64,000 nucleotides of DNA from Lingula anatina (GCA_051362555.1 CM120647.1:4340001-4404000); one strand, 5' to 3'; shown: positions 1 through 13,346, counted from the first letter of the stretch. The notes: a model not told the origin generated them from the sequence alone. Made by a program: numbers and translations.

Positions 1-534
1 TAAATGATTGAAACTGGTTATTGTTGTCAGCGTTGGATTTCCTCATAGCGATCTACACGTAACTATTTTGACCACGAACCTGGTAGGTAATATTAATGCG
101 TTATCCGAACTAAAAGTTTCCAACGGTGTCCGTATTTCGAGCCCATTTCTAGATTACATTCATATCTAAAAATCTGCGCTGTTCCGGACAAGGACGCCGT
201 CCAAAGTAAAGTGGGTATAAGAAAAACAAATGCAGTGTATTGGCTCTCTCGCTCATGATAAGACAGGGTCAATTTTACACAGATAACACAAGGATAATAC
301 AGTGATCAAAATGTATCACTTAAATTTTTTCAACAGATAGAACTACTCGAAAGTGAACATACAAACAGATTAATTACTACACTGTATATGAGGGGGGATT
401 GCAATTGTAGTTAGCTGTATACTGAGTTCTTTTCTGCATTACCTTTCTTTCAAAGTGTATGGATTATCTATTGCGTCACGGTCCTATATGCTGGTTTTAA
501 AAATAATGAATAGTATCAATAGACAAAAGAATAA

Positions 535-536
535 CA

Positions 537-567
<31 letters not shown>

Positions 568-615
568 TAAATAAATAAATAAATAAATAAAGAAATAAAT
601 AAATAAAAATAATAA

Positions 616-675
<60 letters not shown>

Positions 676-716
676 AATAAATAAATAAATAATAAAACCA
701 ATAAAAATAAATAAAA
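535..716. repeat. Compound microsatellite (CA)n-polyA-(TAAA)n-(TAA)n
   Basis: Directly visible low-complexity array. Confidence 0.95.
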
Positions 717-1468
717 CCAAAGTCCTGTTAACACCAATCCAAATCTGTTATTATATTATTTACAATGTATGTTCTTCATTGGAGTTCTAGTTGAATTTCG
801 CATATACATGTATGCACGAGTATTTATAGCCAGACAGTTAGTCAAGTCGCCACTGCCATAGTTCCATGGGCCAAAGGAGTCTACGCATGGGTCTTTTAGA
901 CTCCCCTTAATATGCGAAAACGACATGCACCGTATCTATTCCGTATGGTAATAAGCACTATAGTATCGGATTTGACAAGGACCATGGCGCATTAATCTTT
1001 TACTACAGGTTATACGTCACTTCCGGCCTTCCTTGTTTAGTAAGTTTGAAGCAAGAAGATTTGCATATAAGAGAAAAATGAAAATGAGTTTATTTTTTAA
1101 TTTTGAATCATTTGAAAATTTTAAAATAAATTTTAGAAATAAATTTGTTCATTAACCTCTAATTTGATGTGTTATTTTTCATATCAGGGTGAAATTTTAC
1201 TGCCTGGGGCCAGTTTTACATGCCTTCCCCCTGCTGCATTTTAGTGCTTATTTTGGCTGACTGGCGGCAGCACCTTACGGGTCAAGTCATGTCACTGGAA
1301 GGCTATGCCATTAATGTATCCTGATTTTTTAATATTGTTTAGGCCTTGAGTAGAAGTCTTCAAACCTTAGTGTTGTGTTTGTTAAAGCATAGAAAGTATT
1401 TTTAAGAGAATTAAACGTTACAATGGAAGTGAATGGGATTTTTAATAGTGGTTTGTAACCTACAGAGC

Positions 1469-1687
1469 TCGTCTCTTACTGTGGGTTTTTGAGCTTCAAT
1501 GGCTATATTACTCGAAATTCACATGGGCATGTCTTGTTCGTCATTCACTGAGACCCATAGATGCGAAATTGTCCAGACCAGCGCTGCGTTTGTCTTATAC
1601 TCTGCGTCTTATACATTTCAATAAATGTCAATTTCGAGATTTATAACATAGCCATTTGAAGCTCAAAAATCCACAGTAAGATATGAA
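1469..1687. repeat. Imperfect inverted repeat with ~55-60 bp arms (MITE-like remnant)
   Basis: tcttactgtgggtttttgagcttcaatggctat (from ~1474) is the near reverse complement of atagccatttgaagctcaaaaatccacagtaaga (to ~1681). Confidence 0.6.
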
Positions 1688-3020
1688 TGCGACATGGATC
1701 GTGTCAATCTCGCTTCTATGGAGTTCAGTAAATGGCGAAACAGACACAGCCATGCCATTTTCAGGACTTAAAACGTATGCAGCATGGGCCTCGTTAATTT
1801 CGCTGCGTATAGGGCTAAAAACATACGAAATAAACACGGTGCATGTCGCTTTCAAATGTCAAGGGGCATCTATAGGACGCACATACAGGCTCCTATGGGC
1901 CATGGTAGGAAAGAACATTCCTCCTGCAACATATTGTGTTATAATATCCTTAACTAGTCCTGAATTTTTAATATTTAAATAAAAAATAAAATGCAACTTC
2001 ACCCAGCCGATTGCGAGTTTGTTCATATTTTTGACCGCTAGATGTCCGAAGGCAGCGTTCCAAGACAAGCTAATTTTTTACTGTTACTTTGAAGTTGTGT
2101 TGATGGTAAACTAATCAAGTACGTTCAAAAACAAACTGTTTGCATGTTTTGGCTGATTTTATTGTTGATAACCGATCGGTCTCGGCCGAAATAGGCCGTG
2201 TAACTCATGTCTTCTGAAACTTTAGGGTTTTTTACACATCCTTTCCTGAAGAGTTTCTCGTTCGCGTCGCCTACCGTTAGCAAACAATGCCAGGGCTTTA
2301 GATTCTTTTTGAAACACTCCTAGTTGACTGCAGCGTAGTCGCCCTAGCTAGGTCATTCAGCCCGAGCCAGTCAACTACGGATTTAAGGTTCTTTGTGAAT
2401 CGGGGGCCTGCTCTGTAAACATGCACTTAGTATTCAGTTGGCATGGTCACATTTCAAAATGTAAAACTCAACAATTAAACTTATATAGTAACAAGACGTA
2501 ATGCTCTTGTCATCCTCTGTACATCCCTCAAAGCAATGTATGTTTATTTTCTGATGAGGCGCCAGGCGCAATAATTGTCCAAATTTTAGTGCTCAGTTCT
2601 AGTTTTATAAAAACCTTGTTGTCTCGAAAAACATGTTCTTGACAGAAATAAAATATTTAACGAGCGCAGGTTAAGGCAGTATGGTCCACCATGGCTGCAC
2701 TTAGACTGCCATTACAACAGACAGCTATTTCTTTCAAGACTGCGTTGAGGTTCCTGTGTTCATTAAGATTTTTGTTCCAATTTCATACATTCCAGCTTAT
2801 TTTGAAACAAAGCAATTGCAGAATTTGGTTCCGATTGTTCCGCGCTTTGCAATTTCTTTGATACAGGTAAGTTATTGACTTTTTCATTTGGAGAGCAAGG
2901 ACAGTCTTTAGGAAGCGGGGTTTTAACGCTGCTGGTGAGGTTACATATTTCACCTCAATTCAGACAAATGTCACATGAATCTTGTACTAGACAGCCATTA
3001 AATTCGTCTTTGGCGGTTAC

Positions 3021-3087
3021 ATTGGCCATTGGCAATAACAACACAATAGGTGTGCCAGCAGCGCATCCGTTCTTAGTATTATATAAA
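3021..3087 (+). promoter_or_regulatory. Putative core promoter of VWA copy 1 (inverted CCAAT boxes, TATA box)
   Basis: ATTGG at 3021 and 3028 and TATATAAA at 3080-3087, about 50 bp before the ATG. The equivalent site reads TATATAAG in copy 3 (17163) and TATTTAAG in copy 2 (7282). Confidence 0.55.
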
Positions 3088-3135
3088 GCAGCGCGGTTAC
3101 TAGTAACGTCATACAGATCCAACACTGGAACCGAA

Positions 3136-3680
3136 ATGAAGCGATTCTGTGCACTCATTCTGACTGCTACTCTGTTGCTGAACGAGGGTAATGGTAAGCT
3201 ATTGATAATTGTATAATTGTATTCCATAAACTGTCGATGAAAAGGACAACGTTCAACATGACAAACTTTGACTATCATATCTCTATCCAAGCTTTGCAGT
3301 ATTTTTCAATATAACATATCTTTTTTGAGGTTCAACTTAGTACATTGTCATAAAAACAATAACAGACATTACAATACGAGATAAAGTCAAAAGTAAAATA
3401 ACTTCATGTTATATACAGGTTTACTGAACATCACACAAGCTTCTTGAAAATGACTGGCATGGGCATATCCATGCATTCGATTACTGTAAGTCATTTACTT
3501 AGTTGTAGCCAATGTTGCCTTTTCCGGATCAACTGAGTTCCTAAATAATGACAAAATGGACTCCGTGATTTCTTGGTATGATTTCTTCCGTGATTTCATC
3601 TTCCTGTATGATGACAATTACGTGATAATAAGGTTATTTTGCATGTAGACACTCGAACTCCTAAAATGGGGACTAAAAGG

Positions 3681-3731
<51 letters not shown>

Positions 3732-5191
3732 CAATATTATCAATTATACTACCAACAAGGCATATCAACGACGGCAAATGAGCTCTCGGACATTTTAAAG
3801 AAGATTGTGTCTCCCTGTACCACTGAGCAAGCCAACTGTAAGAACCCTGCTCTTGATATTGTCTTGGCATTGGACAGCAGTTCGAGCATTAATGATATTG
3901 AGTTTAAGATGCAGAAAAATGCCACAAAGGTAAAAAGTGCTTTGATAACCTTGAATCAAAAAAAAAAAAAAAAACAAAAAAAAAAAAACAAAAAAAAAAG
4001 TATGTCAAAGAAACTTAGTTTTACTTTGAATTCAAAATGTAAATAACATCTAAAGAAGTTTTACTGATATATGTATTCAACTCTTGCTTCTACACGTCAG
4101 TGATCTTACCATGGGCTATTTCTAATGTGTTTACTTATTTTTATACGGTATAAAAGAAATATATCTGGTGAGCATTTTTATTTTGATCTGATACAGCGTG
4201 GTTTAATTGTAACCATATTTTACGCAGTTATATGAGATTACAATGTTTCTTCTTAGATCGCATTCACATCGAGAAGAGCCGAGGCTCAACAAGGCCAAGA
4301 TCTAAATATGGCGGATGTACATGAAAGGAAAACCGCCTAATCCTTTATTGGTCTCTCCGCCTCTCACACGCCTCGTCCCTGCGGTGGTGCAGTCATTAAA
4401 TCTCGGTTCCATTCTCCCGGAAGCTACCTGAGAAAAATTAAGTGCGCATGTCGATCAGTTTAACTCGAGGTGAAGAAAGCATGGCGACTGGAGGCGATCA
4501 CAGGAAAAAGCTCTTCTGTTCTATTATCTTTCAAAACAGAGACGAAAAAGGAATGAATTGGCCCTTAAAGCAGCAATGAATCGGCTATCTACGGCTCTTC
4601 TTGATGTGAATGCGGTCTTAGACAGGCTTAGGGACCATCCCCAGGCCCTTTCGTACTAACTGTGGATTGGTCTATCTTCAAGGGGATTCTCGCTAAATTG
4701 CAGTAGGCTTAAACGGTTTTAGAGAAACTTCTTGGAGATGGATTGATCCAGTCAGATCCATCTAGGTATGAGAACCCAGTCTTATTCTCTGTGTGCGTTA
4801 TAATGCACAGTTTACAAAACGTGATAGAGTCACAATCTGTCAAAATGAATATTTTTGGTTTGACACCAACATATTTGGTTTCATATATGATAAAATTTCC
4901 ATCATCTTAGCATTGTGTATGTATTGAATGTATTGAAGCCATGCTGGCCCTTATTTCTCAGGCGATTGCTGACTTCATCGATAAGCATACTCCCATTGCC
5001 CCCAATGGAACCCGGGTTGGTGCATTGACGTTTGCCACTGATGTGGTGAGAGAGTTCGAGCTGAATGAACACACTGATTTGGAAGCTGTTCTAGGTCATA
5101 TTTACGAGATTAACAATAGAAGTAAGTCAATCTCTTTCTCTACCTCTTTCCTAACTCTCTTTCTCTCTCATAAACATACAAACGCACACAT

Positions 5192-5234
<43 letters not shown>

Positions 5235-6081
5235 CAAACACACACACACACATACATTATTATACAAAATCATTTTTTGTCTCTTTTTAGTGGGAGACAC
5301 GAACATAGAACTGGCTTTAGAGACCGCACAGCTCATGTTTGAAGATGTTTTCTTGGAAGAAAGCCCGAAGCTAATATGGCTACACACTGACGGGGTGTTT
5401 AATATGGGCGATCCGATACCAAGAGCAACAAGTATTAAAAATCACGGTTAGTATATCAATGGAGCGTGTATATGGTGAAAACTATCTAATCAATATTCAG
5501 TCCAAGTAAAGACTTCCGCTACTCTAAGTTGACTGAAAATAATGTAAATAATGTGAAATGTCGAGGGCCAATCGTTCTAGAAAGTCCCTGTGGCCAATTT
5601 TGTAGTTGATTTTTTCTGTACCTTATTTTAGCGATCTTCATAAAGCCTTAAAACGTTATTGTGATAATCTCACAGGTCAACATGATTTGAAAAAAAAAAA
5701 TCCATATTAAATGTCAAGTCTGTATATAAATATCAATCCTCTTATCTGATCAGACCATAATTGATGTGATCCTTGAAACAGTTCTTATTCGTCTTTACCA
5801 TCTGAAAATGAAATGAATGAATGAAATAAATGAAAGAGACGTATATGTTTTTTTTTTTTTGATAAATCATAGTTTCCGTCACTATTTTTTTGTTAAATCC
5901 TTATCTATATTTATTTCCAGGATGGACTATCTGCGTGGTTTCTATTGGTAACCATGAGGACTTAGATGGAATCGACGACATAGCATCTCCGGGATGTGTT
6001 GTCAAATTTGGAAGTTTTACAGAGTACGCAAATGTCGCAAGAATGGCTCTGGGCCAACCCCAAATTGATATTTTGGGTTAA
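3136..6081 (+). CDS. Secreted single von Willebrand factor A (VWA) domain protein, copy 1 (5 exons, 234 aa)
   Basis: Exons 3136-3193, 3760-3929, 4962-5121, 5291-5446, 5921-6081 all have GT-AG boundaries with compatible phases (705 nt total). The N-terminus MKRFCALILTATLLL looks like a signal peptide. VWA motifs: LDIVLALDSSSS (DxSxS), TRVGALTF, GDTN, LIWLHTDG, VVSIG. AATAAA at 6111. Confidence 0.88.
3684..3729. repeat. (TA)n microsatellite upstream of the copy 1 exon 2 acceptor
   Basis: Directly visible; the orthologous array in copy 3 is at 18803-18867. Confidence 0.95.
4256..4617. mobile_element. PIF/Harbinger-type MITE in intron 2 of VWA copy 1
   Basis: TIRs gatcgcattcacatcgagaagagccg / cggctcttcttgatgtgaatgcggtc with TTA on both sides. 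The empty site ttcttcttaggcaggc is present in copy 2 (~9841). Confidence 0.8.
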
Positions 6082-6431
6082 TTCTTCGTGTCTTTTGGAA
6101 TCGCAATACCAATAAATGTTCGAGATCCGTTCAATACAAAAGAGTGTTTGCACGTATTATATAAGTCATTGAAATGGACAATAGCGAGGAAAAAAATTGC
6201 CACTGTTAAAAACTAGAAGAATGCTGATAATCTGCAATAAATGTCATCACCTTTGTCATCGGGGTGTAATTTATCTCGTATTTATGTTCCTTAACTTGTG
6301 CGTTGTAATTGCTTTGGATTCCCAAAAACACCTTTAGTACAATGTCACCTTGGTTCTTATGAGATGTAATGCTTAAAAAATTAATAATACTTAACTGGCT
6401 TAATTATTCTCACTTATAAAACAACCATTAA

Positions 6432-6770
6432 AGGGATAATAACTCTCAGTTTTGGCCAAAAAATGAATTTTACCGGAGTAAACAACAATTTTCCCATGCT
6501 GACCAATGGTTAATGAATCCATTTTTACATTCAAAGTTAGTCCCTGTTTTTTTTTTTTTCTATTTTTTTTTTTTTGCTAAAATCTCTTAAGAGATTTTAA
6601 CAGAGTATAGCCATCAATGGAGGTCAAGTGGTTTGAAGACAAGCTCAGATATCAGAATAATAGCTGTAACTGCTGTTTTTGTCGTAAAACAGAATATATT
6701 ATATTTCTATGACTTATTCACAATGTTTTAATTGTGAAATATAGACCTCATACGAAGAGTTATTATCCCT
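6432..6770. mobile_element. Kolobok-type MITE (TTAA target)
   Basis: Perfect 15-bp TIR agggataataactct flanked by TTAA on both sides. The homologous empty site lies in the copy 4 flank (reverse complement of tgctttaagggttgttttatgagtgagaataa, ~25199). Confidence 0.8.
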
Positions 6771-7332
6771 TTAAAGCACTTCCCTATATTAGTTTTATAA
6801 AAACCTTGTTGTCTCAAAGAACATGTTCTTGACAGAAATTAAATATTTAACGAGCGCACGTTGAGGCATTACAATGTATGGTTGACAATGGCTGCACTTA
6901 GACTATCATTACAACAGACAGCTATTTCATTCAAGTCTACATTGAGATTCCTGTGTTCCTTAGGACTTTTGTTCAGATATTTCATGCATTCCAGCTTAAA
7001 ATAAAGCAATTTCAGAGTTTGGTTCCAACTGTTCCGCGCTTTACAATTTCTTTGATACGGGTAAGTTATTGACTTTTTTATTTGGAGAGCAATGACAATC
7101 TTTAGGAAGCGGTGTTTGAACGCGGCCGGTTAGGCTACATATTTCCCCTTAATTAAGACAAATGTCACATGTATCTTGTACTACAGGTAGACTGCTATCA
7201 AATTCGTCTTTGGCGATTACATTGGCCATTGGCAATAACAACACAATAGGTGTGCCAGCTCAGCGCATCCTTCCTTAGTGTTATTTAAGACAGCGCAGTT
7301 ACTAGTTACGTTATTCCAACACTGGAACCGAA

Positions 7333-10300
7333 ATGAAGCGATTCTGTGCACTCATTCTGGCTGCTGCTCTGTTGATGAACGAGTGGTGTGTGGTTAACTC
7401 TCTTCTCCAGAGTAGTGGTAAGTTACTGATTATTGTATTCCATAAACTGTCGGTGAATAGGACAATGTACAATATGATAAACCGTGTACCTTAACTATCA
7501 TATCTATATCCAAGCTTTGCAGTATTTTTCAGCAATACAGATATTTTTTGAGGTTTAAATCAGTACATTTTCATAAAAATACAATAACATATACGTTACA
7601 ATACGTGATAAATTCAACAGAAAATAACTTCATGGTATAAACTAGTTTACTGAACATCAAAAAAGCTTCTTGAAAATGACTGGCACGGGAATACCCATGC
7701 ATTTGGTATCACTGTAAGCCATTTACTTAGTTGTAGCCAATGGTGCCTTTCCCGGATTTACTGTGTTTCCTAAATTATGGAAACTTTAAAATAGACACCG
7801 TGGTTTCTCACATTGACAATTACGTGATTACAAGCTTTTTTTGCACGTTGGCACTCGAACTCCTTATGGGTATGACCGTGAAACTCAGAGTTGGGGTTCA
7901 CACATGTCTCATGCTTATTTATTTAACATCAATTATATTATATATCAATTATTCTATCAACAAGGGACATCAACGACGGGAAGTGACCTGTCGGACATCT
8001 TACGGAATATTGTGTCTCCCTGTACCACCGAGGAAACCGACTGCAATAATCCTGCTCTTGATATTGTCTTCGCATTGGACAGCAGTTCGAGCATTAATGA
8101 TTCTGAGTTTTTCATGCAGAAAAATGCCACAAAGGTAAATAGTGCTTTGATAACCCTGAATCCAAAAACAGATATCAAAGTAAAACTGAGTTTTACTTTG
8201 AATTCAAAATGTAAACAGCATCTAAAGAAGTTTTACTTATATACACACACTGGACAATAGAAGTGTCACCACTACTGAACCAATACTACGGGGGAGATAA
8301 ATGACTGTGGAATGATATGCTCCTGGTATCATTTTATTAACATCAACTTTCAAAAAAAAAAAAAAAAAAAAAAATCACAAAATGAAAACAAAATATACAT
8401 TCTACCAAAATATGCAGTTTCAAGTCTAAAATTAGTACTTAGTGGCATAGCCACGTGACCTAATAATAGGTGCCAGTCTACGAAGCAAGGTTTCATATAA
8501 TTGTCTGATGCGTTCAGGGCTTATGCTGGCCCAAACATGAAACACTGAATATAACAGAGTTTCTCTGCTGGTTAGACGGGCATTTGTCAAAAGTTTTGAC
8601 AAATCATTCCACACATTTTCTATTATGTTTGCATCCGGACTCTGGGCAGGCCACACCACCCTGCGAATGTCCTGTTGGTCAAACCAATCATCAACTGCTC
8701 TGGGCCTGTGACAAAGAGCATTGTCATCCTGGTGAACGAATTGATAATTCCTGTTACCAAACATGTTAGCAATAGATGGTAGCAAGTCTGACTCCAAAAC
8801 ATCGATATATTTCTAGTGATTCATGTTTCCATCAACCACTATCAATTCGCCCACGCCATGGATGCTGATGCAGCCCCACACCATGATGAATATGCTGCTC
8901 CGGTTTCGAAAATTCAATGCATGTGGTTTAAATGCTTTACCAGCAGTTCGCCAGCATCGTACTCGTCTGTCATCAGAGGTCAGACCAAAGCGACACTCAT
9001 CAGAAAAAAAATATAAAAGACCAGTTGTCATGGACTGTCCAGTTCCAGATTCTGTTAACCCTAGTTCACTCTACGTTGCCTGTTTTGTAACGATATGAGA
9101 GGTTTCAGTCTTGCTACCCTGCTGTACACTCTATGAGCATGTAACCGACGCCTAGAAATTTTCACAGACACATTCTTATGTGTGAAATTGTTCGACTGTG
9201 TTGTCAACTGACAAGCAGTGTCGAACTTTGACAACCTTGACATCAAAATCAGTCTTCGGTCTTCACGGCCAGTAGTTTTTCTTGGACGACCCATCAGAGG
9301 CAATTTGTCTCTTGATCCAGTGTTTCTATACCGAGACCAGACCCTCTGCACGGTTCTGACTGAACAATTCAATTGTATCGATATTCTGACATTGCTTATA
9401 TTCAGCCTCTTCAGGTTAATAACTTGCACCTATAACCGTTAGATAATTGCCTGTATTTTGCCATATTGGAGGAAGACAGGAATAACATTTGTTGTACATG
9501 TACAAGACCAACAATACAATTCCATGGTACAGCGGTTTTATACTCATTAGTTACATTATAAGTAGACCAGGCATTTTAACTACCCAAGATCTGCTTACTT
9601 TTATTACTGTGAGTTAGGGGGTGACACTTCTATTGTCCAGTGTGTGTAGGTATTCAATTCTTCTTGTACACGTAAGTGGTCTTATCGTGGGCCGTTTCTA
9701 ATGTGTTTAATTATTATTATACGTTAAAAAAGAAATACATCTGGCGAGCATTGTCCCATTTTTTATTTTGATCTGATACAGGGTGGTATAATTGTAACTG
9801 TATTTTGCAGAGTTATATAGGCAATGTGAGATTACAATGGTTCTTCTTAGGCAGGCTTAGGGACCATTCCCAAACCCTATCGTACTAACTGTGAATTGAT
9901 CTATCTCCAATGGGATTCTCGCTAAATTGCAAAAACAGTTTTAGAGAAACTCCTTGCAGATGGATGGATTCAGTTAGATTGATCTAGGTATGAGAATCTA
10001 TTCTCTGTGTCCAATATAATACACAGTTTACAAAGCGTGATAGAGCCACAATCTGTCAAAATGAAAATTTTTGTTTTGACACCAACATATTTGGTTTTAT
10101 GTATGATAAACCTGCCATCATCTTAGTATTGTGTATCAGGCCTACCCAACTACCAGACTCGGCACCTTAGGATCCTGAATTAACCGGTATATCGGACCAC
10201 ACTACCCGTTTGCAAGGTGTGTGTCAGATCGCATTTCGGAGTATCATACCCCAGAACAAATTTTGTAGGACGACTGCGGGCTCATCCACGCTCGGCTGTC

Positions 10301-12420
10301 ACCTTGATTGGGTAGTAAACAATTGTCGTAAAATCGCTGTATGGTTTTATAACCGGGTGCATAAATTTGAAAACCACCTACAACAACCTTAGACTGTACT
10401 CTTACTTTAGAGTACTCTATTTTATTGTCTCTATGGGGGTATATGGGCACTTTACGACATTCGGTTTGAATGTTTAACACCTTTTGATAGGGCTTTTTTG
10501 CATTGTATTAGATTAATGTGGCAGTCTAAGGTTGTTCTAGGAGGTTTTCAAAGGATGAGTGCGAATAAGGGGGTAAAAGTGCCCACTTTTGTACATGAAA
10601 AATAAATTGTGAATGAATGGAAAAAAATTGATGCCAAATTAAAGTTGGGGTCTTACACTTTTATGATCCACTTAAAAAAAATTTTTTTATTGAATTTGGA
10701 ATATAAAAAAATAATGTCAAAATGACCTTGTCAAATATTCATGAAAATGTGTGTTTTAGGGGGGGTCTGAATTGCAATGCTACATATCTTAAGTTATAGT
10801 AAGGTGACAACTGTGAAATTTTGTAGTTGGGTACAGAAGGTGTCCATGTAAAAAAGTAAGGAAACATGTGGCCAATCATTGTTTGTGATCAGTATTTTGA
10901 TTGCTTTATTTATACATGTAGTGCTAATTGAAAGAAGAATCTTACAGTGACTTGAGGCTAAAAGATGTTCATTTTTTATATGAGCCCCTGCCTCAGACAA
11001 GCTAATTATTCACGGTTGAAAAGACATGAATATAAGGTGAGATATATGTGAAAATCAGCTTGTCTGAGGGTTGGGCTCGATATGTACTCAAACTAAATAG
11101 GGAAATTTTCAGTCCATATGCTAGCAGGCGGCCATGTTTATTCCTGCCATGAGGTAGCTGCTACATGCTTACGTAGGATGGCTAGGCAGATACAGTGAAA
11201 CTTTTGTACACAAAGAAAAACCCAAAATAAAATGTAGGTCTATGAAAGGAAAATAGGGGTTAGAGTCAGTAAAATATTTTCAATTACAACCAAAAAAAAA
11301 AAGGAAATGTCATTTTCATATATGTAATGCATGCTATCATCAAAAAAAAAGGAAATATGGATAGGAAATAGAGTCCAAATACAGTAAGTATATATTACTT
11401 TCATTCTTATGTCTTAGGATAAAGAAAGATAAAATGTAAAATGTGCTTCAGATATTCAAAGTTACATTAATTATCATAATAGCAGATGAACATTGTGGTG
11501 GCTCCTACTTTATATACACTGTAGAGACCCATGCATGCTGTAATAGACCTCTACACATAAAGGTGGCTTGAACCAACCCCCTCTAATGGAGGTAAATTCC
11601 CATTTACTTGTGCCACACCACAATTATTTAACACAAAACTCTTTTTTACATCACAAGACAAGTTTCATTAGAAAAAAAATCATTTATGTAATATAAATGC
11701 TGAAACAAGTTGCTCTGATTCATTAGACTGCATACAACAGGTAAATCCGGCTACCCCCCCCCCCCCCCCACACACACACATATAACTCATTAAAATACTG
11801 TTACGATGCCTCAAACCAAATAATATTTTTCCATGCAACAAATATATGCATAAACTTTATAATAGCAAATTATTTTTAAATTTCGACGATGGGCACTTTG
11901 CCAATGGTTATTCGCACTCATCCTTTATGCATCCGGTTTTAAAATCATATAGCGATTTTACGACAATCGTTTACTATCCAATCAAGGTGACAGACGAGCA
12001 TGCCAGGGCTCACACTGTCGGTGTTCTGGCTGATACTCCGAAATGCGATCTGACATACACCTTGAAAACGGGTAGTGTGGTCCGATATACCGGTTAATTC
12101 AGGATCCTTAGGTGCCGAGTCTGGTAGTTGGGAAGTCCTGTGTATGTATCGAATGTACTGAAGCCACGCTTGCCTTTATTTCTCAGTTGATTGCTGAATT
12201 AATCAATAAGCATACTCCCATTGCCCCCAATGGAACCCGGGTTGGTGCATTGACGTTTGCCACTGATGTGGTGAGAGAGTTCGAGCTGAATGAACACACT
12301 GATTTGGAAGCTGTTCTAGGTTACATTTACGAGATTAAAAATAGAAGTAAGTCAATCTCTTTCTCTCCCTCTTTCCTAACTCTCTCTTTCTCTCTCATTA
12401 ACATACAAACGCACGCACGA

Positions 12421-12452
<32 letters not shown>

Positions 12453-13346
12453 ACACACACAAACACACCACACAAACACACACACACACACACACACGCA
12501 CATCATTATACAAAATCATTTTTTGTCTCTTTTTAGTGGGAGACACGAACATAAAACTGACTTTAGAGACTGCACAGCTCATGTTTGAAGATTTTTTCTT
12601 GGAAGAAAGGCCGAAGCTAATATGGCTACACAATTACGGGATGTCTAATTTGGGCGATCCGCGACCAAGAGCGACAAGTATTAAAAATCAAGGTTAGTAT
12701 ACCCCTGAAGAGTGTATATGGTCAAAGCTATCTAATCAATATTCAGTCCAAGTAAAGACTTCCGCTACTTTAAGTTGACTGAAATATTGTTTCGTAAATA
12801 ATTTGAAGTGTCCAGGGCTAATCGTTCTGGAAAGGCCCTGTGACCAATTTTGCAGTTGACTTTTTCTGTACCTTATTTAAGCGATCTTCATAAAGTCTTA
12901 AAAGGTTATTGTGATAATTTCACAGGTAAACATGATTTGAAAAAAAAACAAACATATTAAATGTCAATTCTGTATATAAATATCAATCCTCTTATCTGAT
13001 CAGACCATAATTGATGTGACCCTTGAAACATTTCTTATTCATATTTACCACCTGAAAATGAAATGAATGAATGAAATAAATGAAAGAGACGTATATGTAT
13101 AATTTTTTGTTTGCTTTTTTTTTTTGGATAAATCATAGTTTCTGTCACCATTTTTTATTAAATCCTTATCTATATTTATTTCCAGGATGGACTATCTGCG
13201 TGGTTTCTATTGGTAACCATGCGGATGTAGATGGAATCGACGACATAGCATCTCCGGGATGTGTTGTCAAATTTGGAAGTTTTACAGAGTACGCAAATGT
13301 CGCAAGAATGCTTCTGGGCCAAGACAAAACTGATATTTCCATTTAA
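7333..13346 (+). CDS. Secreted single-VWA protein, copy 2 (5 exons, 243 aa; MIDAS TDG changed to NYG)
   Basis: Exons 7333-7417, 7965-8134, 12187-12346, 12537-12692, 13186-13346; GT-AG; open frame of 732 nt; exons 2-5 are the same size as in copy 1. Intron 2 is expanded by two transposon insertions. Confidence 0.85.
8244..9646 (-). mobile_element. Tc1-family DNA transposon (DD34E) with disrupted transposase, in intron 2 of VWA copy 2
   Basis: Perfect 27-bp TIRs cacacactggacaatagaagtgtcacc with TA flanks. Transposase remnants ~9464-8432 include GRPRKTT, FSDE, VWGCIS, DDNA and WPAQSPDANIIENVW, with 34 residues between D and E. Frameshifts and a stop split the ORF. The site is empty in copies 1 and 3. 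Confidence 0.95.
10366..10552. mobile_element. Small MITE-like insertion nested in the left TIR of the 10137-12140 element
   Basis: 31-bp inverted ends tttgaaaaccacctacaacaaccttagactg / cagtctaaggttgttctaggaggttttcaaa. The host TIR homology resumes after 10552. Confidence 0.7.
10982..11079. repeat. Short hairpin / mini-MITE with ~32-bp arms
   Basis: gagcccctgcctcagacaagctaattattcac pairs with gtgaaaatcagcttgtctgagggttgggctc. Confidence 0.65.

Larger units (their letters stand above)
10137..12140. mobile_element. Non-autonomous long-TIR element with CAG termini and 5-bp TSD (hAT5-like)
   Basis: TIRs >230 bp (caggcctacccaactaccagactcggcacc / ggtgccgagtctggtagttgggaagtcctg), TGTAT duplicated, empty site in copy 1 (~4912-4930). 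The superfamily assignment is inferred from termini and TSD length. Confidence 0.85.

Noticed and set aside
484-737. Hydrophobic poly-I / poly-L ORFs
   Set aside because: They are translations of (TAA)n and (TAAA)n microsatellites.
2862-2875. Donor-like cag|gtaagt upstream of the VWA start
   Set aside because: It is degraded in copy 3, and a TATA box lies just before the ATG, so there is no support for an upstream exon without RNA data.
3649-3679. Possible micro-exon (tag|acactc...aaag|gt) in VWA intron 1
   Set aside because: At 31 nt it would shift the frame between two phase-1 junctions, and it is not conserved in copy 2.
6360-6380. Apparent common 3' breakpoint (tgtaatgctta + A run) of all VWA copies, suggesting retroposition or a mobile gene unit
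   Set aside because: The copies retain introns, and copy 1 / copy 4 homology continues beyond this point.
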